Notes under the pieces: generated by a model | Database searches by the model: none | Told to the model about the DNA's origin: nothing | Seen by the model: only the letters and a program-made list of their open reading frames with translations | Shown: in pieces, positions 9,718 to 18,371 of the stretch | Layout: each line of letters opens with the position of its first letter | How positions within the stretch are numbered: position 1 is the stretch's first letter | Program-made: the position numbers and the translations under genes | From: Bdellovibrionota bacterium | GTDB lineage: Bacteria; Bdellovibrionota; UBA1018; UBA923 | DNA length: 36,226 bases | Assembly: GCA_040754655.1 (NCBI GenBank) | Contig: JBFMCE010000039.1 | Location: 1 to 36,226 of the forward strand | Reading direction: 5' to 3'

Positions 9718-9746
9718 ATTATGTCCTAAATTCAGGACATTGGCAA
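9718..9746 (-). promoter_or_regulatory. TA promoter with palindromic operator
   Basis: TTGCCA, 17 nt, CATAAT, 6 nt, GTG. Inverted repeat ATGTCCT-N6-AGGACAT (9721-9740) fills the spacer. Confidence 0.8.
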
Positions 9747-10023
9747 GCGCTTTATCGGGCCCAACTTTTGATCGTATGGCGCGCATGCCGCCTTTTTCCC
9801 CTATCCATTAGGGCTCAATTGAGCTTATTGCCTCCTTCTTAGCGCGACCGAGGCAAGGTAGTTCTTATCCTAAAATGCCCCGCCAGCCGCTGTATTGGCC
9901 GTCTTTGCAGCAGCCCGCAGCAGAAAATACTTGTGAGATGGATTTGCTCTGTTGAAATTCCCCCATCTGCAGGAATTTGAATTTGAGTAAAAAGGTTTTC
10001 TGTAGAACAAATTGGCTTCTATA

Positions 10024-10815
10024 TTATTTTGGGTATTGGCTGCAAAAGTAAAGCGCAGGATAAGCCGCTGCCCAGGCGAATAAAAACCGGTTCAAACCAA
10101 AAACGTAGAAGTTCGCGAGATGAAAGCCAAGCGCCAATCCCAAATAAGCCAAGCATAAGTTTGGATTCACCAAAGCCACTGGGAAAGTGCATTCAAAAAT
10201 CATCACAAACCATGAGGCAAAGAATAAAACCCGCGGTCGTCGGGATGCAAATCCCAAAACCGGAGAGGGTTCATATACCGTAGACTCGAAGAATCCTTTG
10301 AGCGCTTTTCCCGTTCTCCAATTCCTTTTGGTGATTTTTGCAAGGCCCGAGATGAAGTACGAACTGCTGGTTTGAAAGGCGATGTACCATAAGCATGCGG
10401 TCTGAGCCCCGGGCGTATGCGCAAAGAGCCCGCCTAGAACAAGCGCGGTCAAGACGATCAAAGTCATGAAGTCGCTGCCGCCGTTGAATGTGCCCCTCCA
10501 TCGCAATGAAATGAGCACCGTGGTCGAAAGCAAGATGAAGAAAAAAGCGGGGTGCGGGATGAAAAAAACAAAGACTGCGGCAACCGCGCGGATGAGCAGC
10601 AGGAATATAAACCTTGAGTTGTTCAAAACAGCATCGAGAAAAAAACGCAAATACCTAGGGAGAAACTGGAACTCGATCCGGATCACCTCCCAATCCCAGA
10701 TGGGGTTTTTGCCCCATGTTTTTCGGATTTGCAGAAACTCGAGGGTTTGAAGAAAAACTGCCAGCGCAATAAGGTTCTGAGTCCAGATCAATGCTTGTGT
10801 TTTTGAAAGGAGCAT
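10024..10815 (-). CDS. HTTM-domain membrane protein (SdpB / vitamin K-dependent carboxylase-like TM domain)
   Basis: Multiple TM helices with NGGSD, YFISGLAK...WRTGKAL, FECTFP, FHLAN...GLNRF motifs. Confidence 0.75.
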   Translation of the reverse strand: MLLSKTQALIWTQNLIALAVFLQTLEFLQIRKTWGKNPIWDWEVIRIEFQFLPRYLRFFLDAVLNNSRFIFLLLIRAVAAVFVFFIPHPAFFFILLSTTVLISLRWRGTFNGGSDFMTLIVLTALVLGGLFAHTPGAQTACLWYIAFQTSSSYFISGLAKITKRNWRTGKALKGFFESTVYEPSPVLGFASRRPRVLFFASWFVMIFECTFPVALVNPNLCLAYLGLALGFHLANFYVFGLNRFLFAWAAAYPALYFCSQYPK

Positions 10816-11334
10816 TCAAATCTCGTACTCTGGGGAGCAAAGCAATTCTTCTCCGTGTTCATGAGGTAGTCCGGGCAAGATAGCGCTGATCTTGAATTGG
10901 TACCGCATCTCTGTGCCCAAAGTCGCTTCGTTAAGGACTTTTGAGCGGACGAGGTTTTTCACAAGCGTGTAAGAGACCGAGTGTTCAAACTCATCTTCCT
11001 GGCCATCTTTGATCTCGGCAAGCTCGCTCATCACGTGTTGGAGGAGCGACTGATAAGCCAAGAGTAGATTCCCTTGGGCGTTCAGGGCCAACGACAACCA
11101 GCTTCTTCGTGGTTTTTCCGCATTCATGTCTTTCCAATCGCCGAGACTTTGGTCTTTTCTGCGAAACCGGTAGAACAAAACGGGTACTTCTCCTAGATCT
11201 TCGAAAAATCTCCAGGAGGGGAAAAACGCCCTGAGCAGATTAATCATTCTTCCGGGTAAATGAACCCGTTTCAATAAAGCTAAGAGAGTGAGAATGAAAA
11301 AGTACAGGATGAACAAAAAAGTCAGCGTATTCAT
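10816..11334 (-). CDS. Membrane-anchored HTTM partner protein (SdpA/DUF5819-like)
   Basis: N-terminal TM, then FFPSWRFF motif; stop abuts the HTTM ATG (TGAATG). Start taken at MNTLTF after GAAGGGG. Confidence 0.6.
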   Translation of the reverse strand: MNTLTFLFILYFFILTLLALLKRVHLPGRMINLLRAFFPSWRFFEDLGEVPVLFYRFRRKDQSLGDWKDMNAEKPRRSWLSLALNAQGNLLLAYQSLLQHVMSELAEIKDGQEDEFEHSVSYTLVKNLVRSKVLNEATLGTEMRYQFKISAILPGLPHEHGEELLCSPEYEI

Positions 11335-11533
11335 GACGGCGACCCCTTCGAACAGTTTCTCAGAAATGAGAAAAAAGAACAGACGATTAGCTCTTTGGAC
11401 TAGACCCAAAGTTGGTTGAGTATCCTAACGTAGGGGCGTAGAAGTGGGGTCAAATGATGTACTCGAGCAGGTACGAGAACTAACGGTTCGACCAATATGG
11501 GACGCAGCCAGCCAAATTTTCTTTTTTACTCTA

Positions 11534-11549
11534 AAAATCAAAAAATAAA
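11534..11549. repeat. 16-bp direct repeat, copy 1
   Basis: AAAATCAAAAAATAAA, identical to 14654-14669. Confidence 0.6.
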
Positions 11550-11612
11550 CGGCGCTCCTTCAACGGGTTGGCCAAGGCACTGGTAGCGAGTAGTTCTCAC
11601 CCAACGATCTTT

Positions 11613-13175
11613 TTAAGGCTGCTTCTTTAATAGTGACCCACATGATCCGGCTAAAGACGAGCTCGTGTTAGCGAGCTCTTTTGCAAGATCCGCCAATGAA
11701 AAATCAACGAACCGATCAGGTCCGTAGCTATCCATCGGTTCGATCAAATGGTATCCCCTTCCAGGAACGATCGCGATTTTGGGAGATCCGTTGACCTGCA
11801 AAGTTGCCACATTATCAATCGCCAATTGATAAAGAGCGGCCCTTAAATCTGGATGAGTGTTGGGGCCATTCACAAACTGACAAAGTTCCTTGTATGTCGT
11901 CCGGTCTTTGCCCGTATAATTCAAGAGCTGCTCAACACTTCGGGGATTCTTTTGTTGCAACAGGGTAAGAATATAGGGCTCCGAGAGCGTAGTCTTTATA
12001 ATAGCCGGTATAGGGGCAACTGGCGCATTGAGTGCAGGCATCGGTAGACTGACGCCTTTGGCTTTAGATAACCATGGCAAACCCGTGCGAGGATGGCTGA
12101 CGACATCGGACTGATTAACCGAATAGGGGCTCAGTTGATTCAAGAATGCGAGGCCAGCAAATCCGGTAAGAGTCGTTCTTGAAAAAAATCCAGGCGACTC
12201 GACCTGTTTCGAGCCCTTGATCGGGTATCTTTCGTAATCTTGCCCTACTTTGACTAAAAGCGAGCCATTGGCCTCGATATCCAGCAGTTGAATGTTCTCA
12301 AGGTGGTGTTGCGGGTCAACCGGATGCGCGCCAAGAATTTGCAGTTTTCCAGAGGAATGTTCGCCATGGATGAGCCAAGACCTGAACTGCTTTCCAAAGG
12401 AGTGGCTGTTTGGATCAGGTTGTCCGTATGCCAGGACCCAAAAGTGAGTAGAGTTGGCCTTCAGAAAATGAGCAGCAAACAATTGAACAGTCAACTGATC
12501 GTTGACATAGAGCTTATCGAAAGCTACTCGCTGCTGGTCAATGGTCTGGAATCCGTTAGAAGAATGTTTGGCCAGTAGCAAATCATCTTTTGTGCGAAAA
12601 ATATAGAGATCAGAGCCCACTCTTTGAACATCATTAACCTCCTCGCTAGTGTTTAGTTGCCCTAGTTCACGAGAGCCTCCGTTGAGATCAAATAAATACA
12701 CTTTATTCTTCGTTGAGACAGCGAGGATGTGGTCTGCATCGAAGACATCGGCTGCCGAATACAATTGTCCCGGATTTAAATGGCTGCTTTTCGTGTTGTT
12801 CAGCAAGTATAGCTCGTGTTCAATATGAAGAGGACCTAGGTCTTTCATTGCAAAGAGGGTCGGTTTTTTGACCGTTCCATCGACTCCAATAAGGATGGGT
12901 CTTTTGTTGCCATACACAAAAGACAACGCCTGAGTGAAAACAAGATTGCCAGTGCTTTGAGCCGGGTCTAGCTCCACCAAATAGGTGTCTAAGGTACGGC
13001 TTTGCGCGCCTTTGACAAGTTCCTGGAACGACAGGTAAAGAGGACCGGCCGGGTCTTTGGCCATGGCCTGAGACCCAGGAGCCACGGCAAAAATAAAAAT
13101 ACTTAAAAAAATATTAGCTTGGTTGGCACGGTTAACCTCTAAGGACATTCGCAGGAACTCTGAGTTTCTTGTCAT
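11613..13175 (-). CDS. Hypothetical secreted protein, beta-rich N-terminal half
   Basis: 520-aa ORF with a signal-like segment (IFLSIFIFAVAPGSQAMA); exact start uncertain. Confidence 0.7.
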   Translation of the reverse strand: MTRNSEFLRMSLEVNRANQANIFLSIFIFAVAPGSQAMAKDPAGPLYLSFQELVKGAQSRTLDTYLVELDPAQSTGNLVFTQALSFVYGNKRPILIGVDGTVKKPTLFAMKDLGPLHIEHELYLLNNTKSSHLNPGQLYSAADVFDADHILAVSTKNKVYLFDLNGGSRELGQLNTSEEVNDVQRVGSDLYIFRTKDDLLLAKHSSNGFQTIDQQRVAFDKLYVNDQLTVQLFAAHFLKANSTHFWVLAYGQPDPNSHSFGKQFRSWLIHGEHSSGKLQILGAHPVDPQHHLENIQLLDIEANGSLLVKVGQDYERYPIKGSKQVESPGFFSRTTLTGFAGLAFLNQLSPYSVNQSDVVSHPRTGLPWLSKAKGVSLPMPALNAPVAPIPAIIKTTLSEPYILTLLQQKNPRSVEQLLNYTGKDRTTYKELCQFVNGPNTHPDLRAALYQLAIDNVATLQVNGSPKIAIVPGRGYHLIEPMDSYGPDRFVDFSLADLAKELANTSSSLAGSCGSLLKKQP

Positions 13176-13292
13176 GCGTGCTTATCACAACGAAATTCAA
13201 GTTAGAATCGGCATTTGGAAATCAGAATCGCCCACAACCCTATTTGTTTGAAACGTCTGTCTACTCTAGACTCCGGCAGGTGAAACAGCATC

Positions 13293-14588
13293 CTACTTTA
13301 CTGCAGCGGCAGAGCCCGTCTTGGTACGACCAACGGGTATTGTTGTTTCGGTTTTTTTTGCTTTATCACTAATATCCTGTTGGACACTCGGTTCTTTTGC
13401 CCGAGCCGATCGAAAAGCAGCGCCCTGTTGGCCACATTTTGCAATCGGAGTAGCACTCTTTCCAAATACCGCTTCGTACACCGGAAGCTGCCTGGGCAAA
13501 TGATCACGCCCATAAACAGTCATCACTCTGTCGTTGGTCAGGAGCAGTCTTCGAACGGTACTTAAGGCAACACGGTCTCTGTAGATCCCGACCTCGTCTG
13601 AAAGGTGATTGCTCTTAAGAACCCGATTTGGTTTTAGAAGGTTCAAGTTAAATGACGGCGTAATGTCGTCGAGCGCATCTTCAATGCGAAAATCACGCTT
13701 ATTCGTCGTTTTATACCAGGCAATAAATTGGTCATAGGTCCAACTCAGTGTTCCGGCGGTTCTAGCCTTTATTTTATTGAAAGCCTCTACTTGATAACGG
13801 AGACGACCGCCTTCGTGAATTTTTTCCTTTGGCCTTTCAGACGACAGTAACCTTAGAAACAAAAAACCTTCGCGATCAGGAGCCTTCAAGCCAATGTCAT
13901 TCTGACGGGGTTCTCCGCCATGAATCGGCTTGGCGTGCAAAAGAGCCAATTTTGCGAGATATTCCGACTCTGCTTCAAGAGCAGAGACCGGAGTCAGATA
14001 AATTCGTACGGCTTCTGAACAAGGAAAGTCTTTAGGATAACCCTCAACTACGACAGCATCTGGTTTAAAGGCATTGAATTCATTTAGAACCGATTGAAAC
14101 ACTTCCTGTTTCAACTCTGGGTATATATATACGTGCATTACAGCGGTAAACGAAACTTGACTCTTGCCCTTGACGAAGCGTGCTGTCGTTGCATGGCATT
14201 TTTGGTTTCCAAACGCCTTTTCACGCAACTCACTGTTTTGAAGTTTTACGCCTGTCCAAAGATCTTCATCTCCGATATCGATAGGCCTTCTCTTCTGAAT
14301 TGCTGGTCCATTATTGACAGCGCTTTCAACCGCATTACTGTTTTCACCCAGTCTAGGGTGATAATTTTGTAGGATTCGTATTAAGGTCGTTCGTGAGCAT
14401 TCAGGACATGTCTTGCTGACGGAGGGCCAGAGCTCGCTTATCTTTTCCTCAAACTCATCTGCTCTGGTTGTACAAAGTTGCTTGGCAGTAGTTGAAGCAG
14501 GGTTGCCTGCCTCGGCATTAAAGAAAGCAATGATCCCGCTCGCTATGGTAAGGACCCAGATTAAACTCGTCGTCCGTTGTTCGAACAT
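13293..14588 (-). CDS. Secreted protein, putative TraB/TIKI/ChaN(EreA)-fold metallohydrolase
   Basis: Signal peptide; ordered motifs AVMH, KPDAVVVEG, YRD, VMTVYGRDHL. Confidence 0.6.
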   Translation of the reverse strand: MFEQRTTSLIWVLTIASGIIAFFNAEAGNPASTTAKQLCTTRADEFEEKISELWPSVSKTCPECSRTTLIRILQNYHPRLGENSNAVESAVNNGPAIQKRRPIDIGDEDLWTGVKLQNSELREKAFGNQKCHATTARFVKGKSQVSFTAVMHVYIYPELKQEVFQSVLNEFNAFKPDAVVVEGYPKDFPCSEAVRIYLTPVSALEAESEYLAKLALLHAKPIHGGEPRQNDIGLKAPDREGFLFLRLLSSERPKEKIHEGGRLRYQVEAFNKIKARTAGTLSWTYDQFIAWYKTTNKRDFRIEDALDDITPSFNLNLLKPNRVLKSNHLSDEVGIYRDRVALSTVRRLLLTNDRVMTVYGRDHLPRQLPVYEAVFGKSATPIAKCGQQGAAFRSARAKEPSVQQDISDKAKKTETTIPVGRTKTGSAAAVK

Positions 14589-14594
14589 ACGTTG

Positions 14595-14620
14595 ATTTTA
14601 CATGAAATTTTGAATTTCAT
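14595..14620 (-). promoter_or_regulatory. -10 box with adjacent palindromic operator
   Basis: TAAAAT 6 nt before ATG 14588, preceded by ATGAAATT-N3-AATTTCAT (14602-14620). Confidence 0.5.
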
Positions 14621-14653
14621 TTGAAATCCGTTCAAAGCTTCTTTCTCGCCATG

Positions 14654-14669
14654 AAAATCAAAAAATAAA
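14654..14669. repeat. 16-bp direct repeat, copy 2
   Basis: AAAATCAAAAAATAAA, identical to 11534-11549. Confidence 0.6.
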
Positions 14670-14689
14670 GGTGGTGTCCCGTCCGAGTT

Positions 14690-14920
14690 CTACCTATCGG
14701 AATCTTCGAGATTAACCATATCGACCAAGAAAAATACGTTTTTCCCGGAGGTCTTGCTGACCCCAAAGTAACCCGTTGCGAGAAAGGGGTCAGAATTAAA
14801 AAAAACTTTGTGCTTATTGCTTCTATATTGAAGTACCAGAAATGCTGGCAGACCTATGTTTTTGGCCTGTCGAACAGGAAAGGAAACGCGTTTTCCTTTA
14901 GCTGTATTAAATACAATCAT
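14690..14920 (-). CDS. Small hypothetical ORF or gene remnant
   Basis: 76-aa ORF filling an intergenic gap, in frame with the GNAT stop codon. Confidence 0.35.
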   Translation of the reverse strand: MIVFNTAKGKRVSFPVRQAKNIGLPAFLVLQYRSNKHKVFFNSDPFLATGYFGVSKTSGKNVFFLVDMVNLEDSDR

Positions 14921-14947
14921 TCCAAACGTGATTCCTGAAAAGAGAAA

Positions 14948-15475
14948 CTAACTTGGTTGATTTTGGGAATAATTCGTTCTCGAGGCCAATTCCCCCAATG
15001 CGTCTCCCGTCAGTCTGAAAACGGTCCAGTCGCTCATGGGGGTGGCGCCCAATTTTTTATAAAATCCGATCGCGCTCTCGTTCCAATCCAAAACCCACCA
15101 TTCAAAGCGTCCACAGCCGCGTTCTTTGGCTAAAGATGCCAAGTATTGAAGCATCGCGAGTCCAATGCCTTTTCCACGAAGCTCTGGTTTGACATAAAGG
15201 TCTTCGAGGTAGAGACCTGGCTTTCCTAAAAACGTTGAGAAATTGTGGAAGAAAATGGCAAACGCGACGGGTTCGCCTTCGTATTCCCCAATAAGGGCTT
15301 CTGCTGCTTTTCGATCGCCAAAGAGCGATTGCCTTAAGGCCTGCTCGTTTGCCACCACTTCGTGGCTTAGACGCTCGTATTCGGCGAGTTCCTTGATGAA
15401 CTGAAGAAGAAGCGGAACGTCGCTTTCATTGGCAAATCGAATTGAAAAATTTGGATTAGGGGAGAGAGACTTCAT
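14948..15475 (-). CDS. GNAT N-acetyltransferase (SSAT/diamine acetyltransferase-like)
   Basis: IKELAEYE, NFSTFLGKPGLYLEDLYV, RGKGIG, WWVLDWNESAIGFY. Start taken at MKSLS, downstream of the terminator. Confidence 0.9.
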   Translation of the reverse strand: MKSLSPNPNFSIRFANESDVPLLLQFIKELAEYERLSHEVVANEQALRQSLFGDRKAAEALIGEYEGEPVAFAIFFHNFSTFLGKPGLYLEDLYVKPELRGKGIGLAMLQYLASLAKERGCGRFEWWVLDWNESAIGFYKKLGATPMSDWTVFRLTGDALGELASRTNYSQNQPS

Positions 15476-15491
15476 AAAAATAAAGCGAGGC

Positions 15492-15532
15492 AAAAAAAGA
15501 GCGCACAAGACTCATTAAAGCCCGGTGCGCTC
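15492..15532 (-). terminator. Intrinsic terminator of the RRM gene
   Basis: GAGCGCAC...GTGCGCTC followed by T7 on the minus strand. Confidence 0.75.
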
Positions 15533-15555
15533 GCAATCAAAAGCTTTCGGATGAG

Positions 15556-15891
15556 TTAGTAACGACCGCGTCCGCCGCCGCCGAAACCGCCACGGCCACC
15601 GCCGCCGCCAAATCCGCCGCCACCGCCACGATTTTCACGTGGAGCCATTGGCTTCGCTTCGTTAACGGTCATTGCGCGGCCTTCGTAATCAGCGCCGTTG
15701 AACTTCGCGATCGCGTCTTGAGCTTCAGCATCAGAAGACATTTCAACAAAGCCAAAGCCTTTGCTTCGACCTGTATCGCGATCTGTGATGACTTTTGCAG
15801 ATTCAACAGTGCCAGACTGAGCGAAAATTTGCTCAAGTGACGATTCGTTTGCAGAGAACGGAAGATTACCAACGTATAGTTTTTTACCCAT
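15556..15891 (-). CDS. RRM RNA-binding protein with Gly-rich tail
   Basis: RNP2 LYVGNL, RNP1 KGFGFVEM, GGR tail; AAGGAGG Shine-Dalgarno. Confidence 0.96.
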   Translation of the reverse strand: MGKKLYVGNLPFSANESSLEQIFAQSGTVESAKVITDRDTGRSKGFGFVEMSSDAEAQDAIAKFNGADYEGRAMTVNEAKPMAPRENRGGGGGFGGGGGRGGFGGGGRGRY

Positions 15892-16209
15892 AAAACCTCC
15901 TTAAGGCTAGGTAGCTGGCTTAAAGAGGATATGAGCACCATGCTCAGAGACTCTGAGTCAGCAGACAACTAATCAAACGCACGATAACAGCTAATGCGTC
16001 GGATTGATACGAAATTTAAAGGAGGCTGGTTTTTGACGCTCTTTTTCGTATCAAGAGTGAAACAAATTTCTCGTGAAATAATGCGGCTTTAAGAGCGCGC
16101 TCTCGAGGTGAGAAATAAATGTTGGGATCTATTTGGTTCAAACGGTGCTATTATGGTGAACCGGCCCTTCGATTGCCGGAAACGTCGTATAGATCTGAAA
16201 GGATGTTTT

Positions 16210-16689
16210 ATGAAGGCTCAGATCGTATCGTTCCGTTGCATACTGAAAAACAAATTAGGCCAAGTCCTCAGCTCTTCCGTAAACAATGACGTCATCAACC
16301 AGCTCGAAGAAGGTACAGAAAACCTAAAGGGCCTTGTCGCAGGGTTGCAGGACGTGAAAAAAGGCGAAAAACGGCAGATATTCGTGCCGGCGGATCAGGC
16401 CTACGGGCTTTATGATCCGGGCCTAGTGGTTGAAGTTCCACGAAATCAGCTGGCGCGGGGAAGTCATTTAGAGCTTGGCAACGAGATCGTAACCCGATCT
16501 ACGGCAGACGGGCGTGTAAGAACCTTTCGTGTTGTCGACGCGGTCGAGGATTGCGTGGTTCTTGACGGCAATCATCCGCTTGCGGGCCAGGATCTCACCT
16601 TTGAAGTTGAGATTACCGCGGCCCGTGAAGTCTCAGCCGAGGATCTTTTCGAGTCACAAGCGGGGCGCTCACATAAGTATGTCCACTAG
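16210..16689 (+). CDS. FKBP-type peptidyl-prolyl isomerase, SlyD-like
   Basis: VPADQAYG, LDGNHPLAGQDLTFEVEI; start at MKAQ after AAAGGA. Confidence 0.88.
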   Translation: MKAQIVSFRCILKNKLGQVLSSSVNNDVINQLEEGTENLKGLVAGLQDVKKGEKRQIFVPADQAYGLYDPGLVVEVPRNQLARGSHLELGNEIVTRSTADGRVRTFRVVDAVEDCVVLDGNHPLAGQDLTFEVEITAAREVSAEDLFESQAGRSHKYVH

Positions 16690-16808
16690 GATGTGATCTC
16701 CTCTCAAGTAATACGCTAGGAATAGTTGCGTACTTTGTGCTACGGCTTAGCGGGGGCATGAAGTCGATTTCGGCAGCGAGCTAGCCACAGTCTTTCTGAT
16801 TAGATGGT

Positions 16809-17771
16809 TTGGCGAAAACAGACTGGACTTCTTTTGGCAGCAAGATGAAAAAAGACACTAATTCAGACATGAATTTCGATCATTTTTGGGACTTTAGCTA
16901 TCCTGAACAGACGGAGATCCGATTCCAGGAAATTCTTTGTGGGTTGAAATCACTAGACAAGCCAAATCCCTCGCTGCGGATCGAGCTGCTCACCCAGATT
17001 GCGCGGTCTCAAGGTTTGCAAGGAAAGCTCTTGGAAGCCGAAGCGACGTTGTCTGATGCAGAAACTTGCCTTGATCAAAACATCAGCAATTATCAGGTGA
17101 GCGCGCGCGTTCGTTTCCTATTAGAGAAGGGTCGGATCCTTTGCCTGTTGAAAACGCCCGCACTGGCCCGGCCGCTCTTGTCAGAGGCCTGGACGCTTGC
17201 CAGCCAATCTGGCGAAGATTTTCATGCCATCGATGCGGCGCAAATGATGGCTTCTATTGAACCACCGAAAATGCAGAAGGACTGGACTCTAAAGGCATTG
17301 GGATTAGCAGAGAGTTCTATGGACCCCAGGGCCAAGCAGTGGTTAGGGGCTCTGTACTCAACTCTAGGGTGGCATGCTTACGAATTGCATCAGTATGATA
17401 AGGCAATGGAGCTTTTCAGTAAGGCGCTTCATTGTCTTCAGTCTGACCTTGAAGCTTCAAACAATGATTCCGTTCTTATCAAAAGGGTTCTTGTCGCGAA
17501 GTGGTCGGTCGCGAAGACGCTTCGTGTTCAAGGTCATGTTGAAGCTGCCTTGAAAATCCAAGAAGAGTTGATGGCGGAACTGCAGCGAAGCGACAGTAGA
17601 AATGGGGATGTTTGCGAAGAATTGGCCGAGTGTCTCACCTTGCTCAAAAGAACCAATGAGGCCGCGGTGTATTTTGAGATCGCCTACAATGAGCTCTCGA
17701 AAGATGAGCGGGTCGTTGATAATATGCCTGATAGGATGAGACGATTGAAATCATTGGGAAAAGTAAAGTAA
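16809..17771 (+). CDS. Tetratricopeptide-repeat protein
   Basis: Helical repeats (ELLTQIARSQGLQG, LYSTLGW...AMELFSKA); true start probably a downstream Met. Confidence 0.7.
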   Translation: MAKTDWTSFGSKMKKDTNSDMNFDHFWDFSYPEQTEIRFQEILCGLKSLDKPNPSLRIELLTQIARSQGLQGKLLEAEATLSDAETCLDQNISNYQVSARVRFLLEKGRILCLLKTPALARPLLSEAWTLASQSGEDFHAIDAAQMMASIEPPKMQKDWTLKALGLAESSMDPRAKQWLGALYSTLGWHAYELHQYDKAMELFSKALHCLQSDLEASNNDSVLIKRVLVAKWSVAKTLRVQGHVEAALKIQEELMAELQRSDSRNGDVCEELAECLTLLKRTNEAAVYFEIAYNELSKDERVVDNMPDRMRRLKSLGKVK

Positions 17772-17815
17772 CTTAAAACTCAAAAGTAAAAGAATCACTT
17801 CACTGGAGGGGTTAC

Positions 17816-18355
17816 GTGAAGCCTAAATCCAGGGTTCTTCTGGCGACATTTTATCTTTTCTGTTGTTACGCCTTCATCTTCGTGGCGCGCGACGTGGTCT
17901 TGTTTTTACGAGATCGAAATTTATTGCGCCTTACTGTGGCAGTCATTGGCGTATTGGCGTTGGCAGGGCTTTATAAGACAATCATCAGCCAATGGCGGGT
18001 AAGCCGCAAACTTGCGGTTCAGTTGGTTTTGGGGATCGGGGTGTTCTATGGCTGTGCCCTCTACTATATGGAGCGCCCCGAAGAGAGGTTCCACTATATT
18101 CAATATGGGCTTCTTTCTCCTTTGATCATCTACACTGCGCATGGTTTTTCTAAGAAACTCAGCTCGCTCTCGTATGGTCTCTTGGCCGTACTCTCAATGG
18201 TCTTGGGTGCGGGTGACGAGGTCATCCAGTCTTTCGTGCCAAGCCGTGTTTTTGAGTGGAAAGATGTTTTCTTCAATGTAAGCGCGGCGGCGCTAGGCAT
18301 GTTTTTTTATTTCTTGGTGCGATACTTCGCAAAAAAGGAATCCAAAAAGAGATAA
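17816..18355 (+). CDS. VanZ-family membrane protein
   Basis: ERFHYIQYG, DEVIQSFVPSR, DVFFN; GGAGG Shine-Dalgarno. Confidence 0.85.
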   Translation: MKPKSRVLLATFYLFCCYAFIFVARDVVLFLRDRNLLRLTVAVIGVLALAGLYKTIISQWRVSRKLAVQLVLGIGVFYGCALYYMERPEERFHYIQYGLLSPLIIYTAHGFSKKLSSLSYGLLAVLSMVLGAGDEVIQSFVPSRVFEWKDVFFNVSAAALGMFFYFLVRYFAKKESKKR

Positions 18356-18371
18356 GAAGCCTCCCCGAAAC

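Noticed and set aside
9712..9786. Longer ATG start for the toxin, and a sigma28-like CCCGATAA
   Set aside because: The extension runs through the promoter and operator. The CCCGATAA has no properly spaced TAAA, and the sigma70 boxes explain the site.
8006..15500. Integron or prophage
   Set aside because: No integrase, phage genes, convincing paired attC boxes or tRNA-end duplication seen; kept only as a cassette-like observation.
15560..15630. GGC/GGT tandem repeats
   Set aside because: They encode the Gly-rich tail of the RRM protein.
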